A stretch of 35,225 nucleotides of DNA from an uncultured Muribaculaceae bacterium. Its GTDB lineage: Bacteria > Bacillota_I > Bacilli_A > RF39 > UBA660. The notes under the pieces were generated by a model that worked only from the letters and a program-made list of their open reading frames with translations, was not told where the DNA came from and searched no databases. A program made the position numbers and the translations under genes. This document shows positions 27,229 to 35,225 of the stretch, piece after piece; within the stretch, counting starts at the first letter, position 1; each line of letters opens with the position of its first letter. The DNA is taken from positions 1 to 35,225 of the forward strand of contig CAYXHQ010000001.1 in the NCBI GenBank assembly GCA_964465245.1, read 5' to 3'.

Positions 27229-29244
27229 ATGAAAAAGGACAAAAAAAATAAATTAATATTATTAATAGGTGCAGGGGTTATAGTACTCGCTAGTATTATA
27301 CTTGGAATTATATATTTAGTATCTAATGATAAAAGTTATTCATATTCTGAAAAGAAATGGATGAATGAAAATGCAAATAATATAGTAGATATTTATGTGC
27401 AAAGTGATTTACCAGTGTTTTCTTATAATGGGTCTGGAGTATTCTATGACTATTTAAGTTCACTTGAAAAAGATACTGGGATTGAATTTAATATTGTTTA
27501 TGAACCAGTAGGTAAGTATGCAATGACACTTAAGAATAGTAACTCAAATGCAGTGACATTTTTTAAAGATCATTATGTAGTAATTTCGCCTGACTCTAAA
27601 ACTATTTCATCTTTAAATGATTTAAAAGGAACAACAGTAGGAATACTTAATAGTGATATATCTGCAGTACAGCAATACTTAAGTGATTATACAGGTATAA
27701 CTTATAAAGGATATGCTACATTTGAAGACTTAAAAGTTGGGTTTTCATCAGGTGCAAGTGACACAGCAATTGTTCCACTGTATTTAGCAATAAATTCAAT
27801 TTTATCAGAAAACTATGTTATAGATTATCACATAGATGGATTTAATGCATATTACACACTTAGTTTATCAGATAATGCAGAACTTAATGGCATTATGCAA
27901 AAGTTCTATGATAGATGGAGTGAAAAATCAAATGAGAAAAGAAATGAACATTTAGTTTCAATTTATTATAAATCAGCAGGTTATACTGAACTTGAAAAAG
28001 ACAGCATTGTAAATGATGACTTTATTGTAGGTTACGTTGATAATCTTCCCTTTGAAGGAATTGTAAATAATACTTTTACAGGACTTTCAAGTGCATATTT
28101 AATGGGATTCGCAGATCTTAGTGGAGCTACATATAAATATGTTTCTTATAAAACAGTAGATGACCTAATTATTGCTTTATCTAGCAAAAAAATAGATATC
28201 GCAGCTAACTATTATTCAATAAACAGTGACTTATATGATAATTCAAAAACATATAGTACAGGAGAATATGTAGTTTTAACTCATGCAGATAATCCAATAG
28301 CCCTTGAAACATTAAGCACACTCAGTGGGGCTAATGTTGTAATGCTATCAAAAATGAATTTAACCGCACAAATAAAAGCAAAAAAACTATTCAATGTACT
28401 TGAATATAATGGAACAAAAGAGTTATTCAAAAATATTGATAAAGAATCTATTATTTTAGTTGAAAAAGATTTTTATGAATATTATAAAGATAAACAATTT
28501 AAAAATTATGCTGTTAAATTTAGTGATGAAATAAAAACTAATAATACATTTCTTTTAAATAAAGAAAATGCACCATTTAATAAGTTATATAACTTCTATA
28601 TGTCACTTAATAGTGAAAAAGAAATGAGAAGTTTAAGTACTAAAAAAATATATAGCGATGAGAGAAATAATGTTATCTTAAGTTTTATTATTAGAAATTT
28701 ATTCTATATAATCATATCTTTATTAGCAATTGGATTCATATTTTATAAAATTGCACATAAAGTAAGACTTAGTAAACGTATTAAAAAAGAAGATAAACTT
28801 CTTTATATAGATGTTATGACAAATTTAAAGAATAGAAATTATTTGAATGATAATATTAATTATTGGTCAGAGAATAAAGTATATCCTCAAGCAATATTAG
28901 TAGTAGATTTGAATAAAGTCAAAATACTTAATGATAAATTTGGGCATGAAGAAGGGGATAAACAAATTAAAGCAGCCGCAAACGCTTTAGTTAAAACTCA
29001 AAGAGAAAACTCTGAGATTATGAGAACAAATGGAAATGAATTCATGGTATATTTAGTTGGGTATGATGAAAAAATGATATTATCTTATATACATAAGTTA
29101 ACTCGTGAATTAAAAGCATCACTTCCATATGATGAATATGGAGTATCCCTTGGATATTCTATGATTAATAGTGAACTTAGTACAATTGATGATGCAATAA
29201 ATGAAGCACTTTCTATGATGAGAAAGAATAAAGGGAGTAATTAG
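27229..29244 (+). CDS. Membrane sensor with two periplasmic-binding-protein-like domains, a TM helix and a degenerate GGDEF domain
   Basis: C-terminal VVDLNKVKILNDKFGHEEGD ... RTNGNEFMVYL, with NGNEF at 29029-29043 in place of GG(D/E)EF. SBP-like DLKGTTVGIL segments in the ectodomain. Confidence 0.85.
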   Translation: MKKDKKNKLILLIGAGVIVLASIILGIIYLVSNDKSYSYSEKKWMNENANNIVDIYVQSDLPVFSYNGSGVFYDYLSSLEKDTGIEFNIVYEPVGKYAMTLKNSNSNAVTFFKDHYVVISPDSKTISSLNDLKGTTVGILNSDISAVQQYLSDYTGITYKGYATFEDLKVGFSSGASDTAIVPLYLAINSILSENYVIDYHIDGFNAYYTLSLSDNAELNGIMQKFYDRWSEKSNEKRNEHLVSIYYKSAGYTELEKDSIVNDDFIVGYVDNLPFEGIVNNTFTGLSSAYLMGFADLSGATYKYVSYKTVDDLIIALSSKKIDIAANYYSINSDLYDNSKTYSTGEYVVLTHADNPIALETLSTLSGANVVMLSKMNLTAQIKAKKLFNVLEYNGTKELFKNIDKESIILVEKDFYEYYKDKQFKNYAVKFSDEIKTNNTFLLNKENAPFNKLYNFYMSLNSEKEMRSLSTKKIYSDERNNVILSFIIRNLFYIIISLLAIGFIFYKIAHKVRLSKRIKKEDKLLYIDVMTNLKNRNYLNDNINYWSENKVYPQAILVVDLNKVKILNDKFGHEEGDKQIKAAANALVKTQRENSEIMRTNGNEFMVYLVGYDEKMILSYIHKLTRELKASLPYDEYGVSLGYSMINSELSTIDDAINEALSMMRKNKGSN

Positions 29245-30122
29245 TGAAATCAAAGTTTAGCAAGTTTTGGCGTGAATTTCTTGATATTTTAAAAAGAAGA
29301 GAAATGAGTATTTTACCTGCTCATTTAGCTTACTATTTTCTTTTATCAACTATTCCAGCGCTTGCTTTAATTTTCTTTATAGCATCTTCATTAAATTTAT
29401 CAACAGATATAATATCAAATATGATTGAATCGATTTTTTCTCCGGGTGTATCAGAAATGATTATGGGTATTATTAATAGTACCTCTCTAAATTTAACAAA
29501 TGTAACATTATTTATAATTGCGCTATTCTTAACTAGCAATGGAGCAAGATCGATTATAATTGCATCTAATATGGTATTTAATATATCATCAAAGGGAGCT
29601 ATTAAAAGAAGAATAAAGTCATTCATGATTACTGTTATTTTAATCATGCTAATAACATTTATATTGGTAGTTCCCTTATTTGGGACAAGTATATTAAAAA
29701 TATTTGAACTTCTTAACATTGATAATCAAGTAACATATGTATTAAATATAGTATTTCCAGTTATTAAATGGCCACTTACATTATTTGTGTTATTTATATT
29801 TGTAAAACTTTTATATACAATTGCACCTGATGATAAAATACCTAGTGCTCATGTTAATAAAGGATCGATATTTACAACTGTTTCTTGGAGTATAATCGCG
29901 GGAGGTTATTCAATTTATATTAATAACTTTGCTGCTTACGATAAACTTTATGGAGCACTTTCTAATATAGTTATATTACTATTTTGGTTTTGGCTCTTAT
30001 CTTATGTTTTTGTAATTGGACTTGCACTAAATTATAGAAATGTAGAAGATGAAATAGAAAAAACAAATACAATTAAATTAAAAGAAATACAAGATAAAGT
30101 AAGAGAAAAGAATCATAAATAA
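29244..30122 (+). CDS. YihY/BrkB family membrane protein
   Basis: MSILPAHLAYYFLLSTIPALALIF and 6 TM helices. The GTG start overlaps the last base of the upstream stop. RBS AAGGGAG. Confidence 0.85.
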   Translation: MKSKFSKFWREFLDILKRREMSILPAHLAYYFLLSTIPALALIFFIASSLNLSTDIISNMIESIFSPGVSEMIMGIINSTSLNLTNVTLFIIALFLTSNGARSIIIASNMVFNISSKGAIKRRIKSFMITVILIMLITFILVVPLFGTSILKIFELLNIDNQVTYVLNIVFPVIKWPLTLFVLFIFVKLLYTIAPDDKIPSAHVNKGSIFTTVSWSIIAGGYSIYINNFAAYDKLYGALSNIVILLFWFWLLSYVFVIGLALNYRNVEDEIEKTNTIKLKEIQDKVREKNHK

Positions 30123-30136
30123 TTTGATTCTTTTTT
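30107..30136 (+). terminator. Intrinsic terminator overlapping the yihY-like stop
   Basis: AAAGAATCA-9 nt-TGATTCTTT followed by TTT. Confidence 0.7.
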
Positions 30137-30202
30137 AAAATCATAGGCAATTGAAAAGCATCATAAACTTTGCTATAATTAAATAGTTAAAGAGGATAAA
30201 AG

Positions 30203-32236
30203 ATGAGTGGTAAATTTATAAATAATATAAAAGATAAATTTAAATCATTTAAGAAAACATTTAAAAAATATTTATCAACAAATATTTTATTTATGTCATA
30301 CATTATTTTATCTCTATTAGTAAGTTTAACTCTTAGAGCTACTACTGTTGGGTCTGTATTTCTATTAAAGCCCCTTTTAGCAGACGCAGTAGTAATAACA
30401 GTTCTAGGTTCATTTGGATATTTCTTTAAACCTAAAAATCAATTTAAATATTTTTTCACATTACTGTGTATTTTCACATTTTTAGGAATAGGTAACTCAA
30501 TATATTATACATTTTATAAATCATTTTTATCTATAAGCTTGATAGATTCACTTAAAATGGTTGGAGAAGTTGAAAATTCAGTATTTGATAAGTTAAAATT
30601 TATTGATTTTGTGTTTTTATTATACCCAATATCATTATTTATCGTTCATAAATCTTTAAATAAAAGAAAGTATTATTTTGAAGTTGAAAAAACTGAAAAA
30701 GGCAAAATAATGTTTAAAAATACTTTAAGAGCTAGTGGTATAATTTTTGTTATGTTTGCTCTTATGTTAACAGGATCTGACTTAAGTAGGTTTGTAAAAC
30801 AATGGAATAGAGAATATATAGTTCAAAGATTTGGACTATACAGTTATACAATAAATGACGTGGTTCAGTCTCTTCAACCAAAAATTAATACACTTTTTGG
30901 ATATGACGCCGCCGCTCGTGAATTTAGAGAATTTTATAAAGAAGAAATTAAAAATAAAAGTACAAAATCAAACAAATACACAAATGTATTTGAGGGTAAA
31001 AATATTATAATGATACACGCAGAAAGTGTACAAAATTTTGTAATTGATTTAACTATTAATGGGCGCGAGGTAACTCCTAACCTAAATAAACTTGCTAAAG
31101 AGAGTCTATATTTTTCGTCATTTTATCCTCAAATAAGTACTGGTACTAGTGCCGATACTGAATTTACTTGTGAAACAGGGCTTCTTCCATCTACAAGTGG
31201 TATTGCTTTTGTAAGTTATTTTGATAGAAAATTTGAATCAATTCCATCAATTCTTAGTAATAAAGGATATTACACATTTAGCATGCATGCGAATAATAGA
31301 GAATATTGGAATAGAAATGTTATGCATATGAATCTAGGTTATAAAGATTTTTATGCTAAAGAATCACTTTATGTAACTGAAGAAAATTCTATTGGTTTAG
31401 GATTATCTGATAAAGATTTCTTTAATCAAATAATACCACTTCTTAATAATATAAAACAAAATAATAAGAAATTTTTTGGAACAATTATTACATTAACTAA
31501 TCATTCTCCATTTGATAACATTGACAAATATGGTGAGTTTGACGTAACTATGCCTTACTCATATACTGACGAATATGGAAGTGAAATTGAAGGAACTGCA
31601 CCTTATTTAGATGGAACTGAGATGGGAAATTATATTAAGTCAGTTCATTATGCTGATGAGGCTTTAGGAGAGTTCTTTCAACTACTTGAAACAAATGGTT
31701 TATTAGAAAATACTGTCATAGTTCTTTATGGAGATCATGAAGCTAAAATAGGTAAAAATCAATTTAATTTATTATATAATTATGACCCAGTAACTAATGG
31801 AATTATAGATTTAGAAGAACCAGGATTTATCAGTTTTGAAAATTATAAATATGATTTAATTAAAAATACTCCTTTAATGATATGGAGTAAAGACTCTGAA
31901 TATAAAGGAAAGGTAACTGATGTAATGGGAATGTATGATGTATTACCTACACTTGCCAATATGTTTAATTTTGAATACACTTATGCAATGGGACATGATG
32001 TATTTAGTAATAATGAAAAAATTGTAATATTTCCTAATGGAAACTTTATAACAAATAAAGTATACTATAATAGTTTAAGAGGAGATTATATTGCCTTAAC
32101 AGATGAGCCATTACCAGAAGGATATATTGAAAGACTAAAAGAATACTCAGATATTAGATTAAGTGTTGCAAACAATTTGATAATTCATGATTTAATAAGA
32201 AATGAAGAAGAAAACTTAAAGGAGGAACTAAAATGA
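30203..32236 (+). CDS. ltaS: Lipoteichoic acid synthase family protein (5 TM helices plus sulfatase-fold ectodomain)
   Basis: N-terminal polytopic region, then MIHAESVQNF, TGTSADTEF, LTNHSPF and YGDHE. Confidence 0.9.
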   Translation: MSGKFINNIKDKFKSFKKTFKKYLSTNILFMSYIILSLLVSLTLRATTVGSVFLLKPLLADAVVITVLGSFGYFFKPKNQFKYFFTLLCIFTFLGIGNSIYYTFYKSFLSISLIDSLKMVGEVENSVFDKLKFIDFVFLLYPISLFIVHKSLNKRKYYFEVEKTEKGKIMFKNTLRASGIIFVMFALMLTGSDLSRFVKQWNREYIVQRFGLYSYTINDVVQSLQPKINTLFGYDAAAREFREFYKEEIKNKSTKSNKYTNVFEGKNIIMIHAESVQNFVIDLTINGREVTPNLNKLAKESLYFSSFYPQISTGTSADTEFTCETGLLPSTSGIAFVSYFDRKFESIPSILSNKGYYTFSMHANNREYWNRNVMHMNLGYKDFYAKESLYVTEENSIGLGLSDKDFFNQIIPLLNNIKQNNKKFFGTIITLTNHSPFDNIDKYGEFDVTMPYSYTDEYGSEIEGTAPYLDGTEMGNYIKSVHYADEALGEFFQLLETNGLLENTVIVLYGDHEAKIGKNQFNLLYNYDPVTNGIIDLEEPGFISFENYKYDLIKNTPLMIWSKDSEYKGKVTDVMGMYDVLPTLANMFNFEYTYAMGHDVFSNNEKIVIFPNGNFITNKVYYNSLRGDYIALTDEPLPEGYIERLKEYSDIRLSVANNLIIHDLIRNEEENLKEELK

Positions 32237-32859
32237 CAAAAAAAGTTCTAAATAAAGATAAGTTAATAACATTTATATTTATAATAGTAGGCGCAATATT
32301 AATAGCTACTGTTGGAGTAAAAATATATTTTGATTTTTTTAAAGGAAGCACTAATGAACCAACTGAACTCAAAAGACTTGAACTTTATGGTTATACGTTA
32401 GAGTCAGATGATATAGAGGTATACACTAAATATTATAATGAACTTTCTGGAGTTTTAGATGAAAAAGAAATAAATTATGAAGAATATGCCAAGTTATTAA
32501 CAAAGTTATATATAATAGATTTTTATACTTTATCTAACAAAATAGCAAGTACGGATATAGGTAGTAGCGAATTTGTACACCCTGATATTGTAGATAACTT
32601 CAAAACAAAAGCAGAAGATACGATATATAAGTATATAGAGAATAACTTTGATGGTAAAAGGACACAAGAACTTCCTGAAGTTATGGATGTAACAATTGAC
32701 ACAGTAGAGGAAAGTGTTTATACTTATGGTGAAAAGGAATATGATTCTTTTGTTATAAAATCATCTTGGAGTTATAAAGAAGAAAAAGGTTATAAAAATG
32801 AAGGCACAATCATTTTAATAAAAGATGGAAGTAAATTGTGCGTAGTAGAGGAGAAGTAA
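32233..32859 (+). CDS. Hypothetical single-pass membrane-anchored protein, translationally coupled to ltaS
   Basis: ATGA overlap with ltaS. RBS AAGGAGG. One N-terminal TM helix. Confidence 0.6.
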   Translation: MTKKVLNKDKLITFIFIIVGAILIATVGVKIYFDFFKGSTNEPTELKRLELYGYTLESDDIEVYTKYYNELSGVLDEKEINYEEYAKLLTKLYIIDFYTLSNKIASTDIGSSEFVHPDIVDNFKTKAEDTIYKYIENNFDGKRTQELPEVMDVTIDTVEESVYTYGEKEYDSFVIKSSWSYKEEKGYKNEGTIILIKDGSKLCVVEEK

Positions 32860-32860
32860 A

Positions 32861-33760
32861 ATGAAACAAGTATTGTCAATTTTTGGAGGGTTAGTATCAT
32901 TTGTAATATGCATAATATTATTTAGTGTACAAATATCATTTCTAGTATTATTAAGTACTCAAGGATTTTTTAAGGGAGATGGAATTAAAGATATAGTTAA
33001 AAATATTGATGTAAAAGAAATACTTCTCAATAATAGTGAGTCCGCTCCTACACAAGAAATATATGAAATAACAGATGTATATGGAATAAGTAGAGAAGAT
33101 ACTGATAAAATAATGGAGTCTGATACATTAAAATCATTTATCGCAGATTATGCATCAAACAATATTAATGCTTTACTAGGTGATGGAGAATATCCTAATA
33201 TAAAGGTAGAAGATATAAATAATTTAATCGACGATGTAATAGAAGAAAAAGAAATAACTATTAGTGAAGAAAATAAAAATGAAATTAAAACATATTTACT
33301 AGAAAATAGTGCTGAGATCGAGGAAGTATTATCTATAGGCGAGGCAATAGAAAAAGAAATAACGCCTGATACTAAAGCCACAATAGGAGTTATATTTGGC
33401 GGAACATTAATGGTGGCATTTATAGTTACTTTAGTAATATTATTCTTACTTATTATGTTATGTAGATGGTCTTTCTATAAAGCACTTATATGGTATGGAG
33501 TGACTACAGTACTTTCAAGTTTAATAACACTTGCATTTGGATTTGGAATAAGAACAAGCTTAAACTTTATAGATATGAGTTCTTACCAAGATTATTATGA
33601 AATAATTAACAATGTAGTTGGTTCTACACAAAAAGTAATAATTACTTATGGAGTAATTGCTTTAGTAGTAGGGGCAATATTTATAACAGGATACATATTA
33701 ATCCATAAAAATAAATTAAATAAACAGGAAGAAACAAAAAAGATTGAGCAACCAGCTTAA
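32861..33760 (+). CDS. Hypothetical polytopic membrane protein with an acidic ectodomain
   Basis: Starts 1 nt after the previous stop. RBS GAGGAGA. TM1, then an acidic segment of about 150 aa, then 3-4 TM helices. Confidence 0.6.
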   Translation: MKQVLSIFGGLVSFVICIILFSVQISFLVLLSTQGFFKGDGIKDIVKNIDVKEILLNNSESAPTQEIYEITDVYGISREDTDKIMESDTLKSFIADYASNNINALLGDGEYPNIKVEDINNLIDDVIEEKEITISEENKNEIKTYLLENSAEIEEVLSIGEAIEKEITPDTKATIGVIFGGTLMVAFIVTLVILFLLIMLCRWSFYKALIWYGVTTVLSSLITLAFGFGIRTSLNFIDMSSYQDYYEIINNVVGSTQKVIITYGVIALVVGAIFITGYILIHKNKLNKQEETKKIEQPA

Positions 33761-35097
33761 TTTTTTTTAAGTTTAAGTGTAAATATATTCGAATCAAATC
33801 TATTTGTTTCATTTACTTTTATACAAATTCTTGGTGTTTCATTTTTTATATAAGTCCATTTTGAAAATATATCATTTTTAATTATAACTCCTTCAGGTAC
33901 TTCTAATTGAAGGTCACCTTGAGTATCATAATAAGACCTTACTATATTTTGCTTAATTGCTTCATTAAGAGTGTAGCTGACATATTGATATACCGGTTTT
34001 TCTATATTTTTAAGTACATAAATACCATTTCCAAATTCATTAATCATATTTCTTGAAAAATATGCTTTATCAGTTCTTTCAATTTCTCTTTCAGTGCCAT
34101 CATAAATGATTTTTCTATTTTCAAAATTGTTATTAATTATATGAAAATATGACATACATAAATTATCGGTATCAATAATTCTATTGTATTTTGCCATGTA
34201 ATAAAGAGAAATATTTTCATATAGTTTATTATTAATGTTAATAATATTATTTTTGGCTATGGATACTTTTTCGTTAATACCAATAAGATTATAGTTTTCA
34301 TTAAGTTCATCTACTAGTTTAATAGTTTCATGTGCTAGGTTTTCATCGGGTATTATAGAAATAAGTTCATTTAATATGTAAGAAATATCGTGTCTAAATT
34401 CTAAATATTTAAAAGGCTCACTACCTATTATTTCCATAAGTAATTTAGAGTATATTTTCTCGTTTAAATATGTTCTTTCTTTTGTTACTTCATATGAATA
34501 TTCACTTCTAAATAATTCATTAGTGCCTTCATATAAACTGTGTCCTAAAGATAATTCTCCAGCACCAAAAACATGAAATGATTCGTGGCCAAAAACTCTT
34601 AAACTGTATTCTTTTTCGTATAATTTTATTTCATTGTCGTGGTAAGAGTAAGAACCACTAAGATTAATAGGAACATTATTTTCTTTTCGTAATCCATATA
34701 ACTCTGTAACTTTTAATGTACTTAATCTTTCAAGTAATGTTTTTTTGCTAATGTATTTATAATTTTCAGTAAGCGCATCAGTATATTTTAATATTTCATT
34801 TTTATATGTATCAGGCAACTGAGTATTTTTAGATAAAGCAGCTATAATTTCTTCATATGTTATTTTTTCTTCAGTATACAAGTTTCTTTCATTATCAAAA
34901 ATATAAGAAAGAACTTTATCATCATCATACTTTCCCTCTAAAGCATTATTTATTATAAATAGTGATCCAAAAAGTTCCATAGACAAAAGAATAAGAGAAA
35001 TAGAATTATATAGTTCATTTATTTTTCTTTTCTTTATCATATGTTTATCATAAATTTCTAAAGGTATTTCATTTATTATTCTTTTTTTATTGCTCAT
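33757..35097 (-). CDS. Membrane-anchored putative MA-clan (gluzincin-like) zinc metallopeptidase
   Basis: HESFH (34587-34573) followed 15 residues later by EGTNE. One N-terminal TM helix. RBS AGGTGA. Its stop overlaps the convergent gene within TTAA. Confidence 0.6.
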   Translation of the reverse strand: MSNKKRIINEIPLEIYDKHMIKKRKINELYNSISLILLSMELFGSLFIINNALEGKYDDDKVLSYIFDNERNLYTEEKITYEEIIAALSKNTQLPDTYKNEILKYTDALTENYKYISKKTLLERLSTLKVTELYGLRKENNVPINLSGSYSYHDNEIKLYEKEYSLRVFGHESFHVFGAGELSLGHSLYEGTNELFRSEYSYEVTKERTYLNEKIYSKLLMEIIGSEPFKYLEFRHDISYILNELISIIPDENLAHETIKLVDELNENYNLIGINEKVSIAKNNIININNKLYENISLYYMAKYNRIIDTDNLCMSYFHIINNNFENRKIIYDGTEREIERTDKAYFSRNMINEFGNGIYVLKNIEKPVYQYVSYTLNEAIKQNIVRSYYDTQGDLQLEVPEGVIIKNDIFSKWTYIKNETPRICIKVNETNRFDSNIFTLKLKKN

Positions 35098-35225
35098 AGA
35101 TTTTCACCTGCCGATTATAATAGCATAAAAAAGATAACTATTCAAATATTTTTCAGCAAAAAAATTATTATCGTTAATTTTTATTTGGAAGTCCGTTTTA
35201 AATAAATAACGGAATTAAGTCTGTT

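Overview
This is a visibly AT-rich (GC not computed), standard-code chromosomal segment from a low-GC Firmicute. A cotJ spore-coat operon suggests a spore-former. About two thirds is compact housekeeping. That covers SAM-riboswitch-controlled metK, a divergent prs-like gene, typA, a UPF0104 membrane protein, metG, tsaE-tsaB-rimI::tsaD and ligA. It also includes a SufC/SufBD-like pair, cotJ(A/B)-cotJC, rubrerythrin and a stand-alone tRNA-Asn. From about 7.2 to 19.1 kb there is a looser, accessory-looking stretch. It holds a frameshifted DUF1016 nuclease, a YgjV-like membrane protein, a Cys-rich exported protein, a CIRCE-controlled hsp20 and a DUF3800 protein. It also carries a GC-rich tRNA-3'-end-like scar next to a palindrome, an XRE regulator divergent from a HAAS/DUF1700 membrane protein, a FeoA/degenerate-FeoB pair, a single-ring Clp-D1-like AAA+ ATPase and an ABC-2 exporter preceded by three direct repeats. 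The last 8.5 kb is a cell-envelope cluster. It contains a dual-PBP sensor with a degenerate GGDEF domain, a YihY/BrkB protein, LtaS with two translationally coupled unknown membrane proteins, and a convergent membrane-anchored HExxH protein. I found no CRISPR array, rRNA, transposase, integrase, reverse transcriptase or recognisable defence system. The best candidates for undescribed biology are three: the FeoA plus pseudo-GTPase FeoB-like pair, the pore-loop-less stand-alone Clp D1 ATPase, and the LtaS-coupled unknown membrane proteins with the neighbouring degenerate-GGDEF sensor. All three rest on by-eye motif comparison and gene context, and none is proven.
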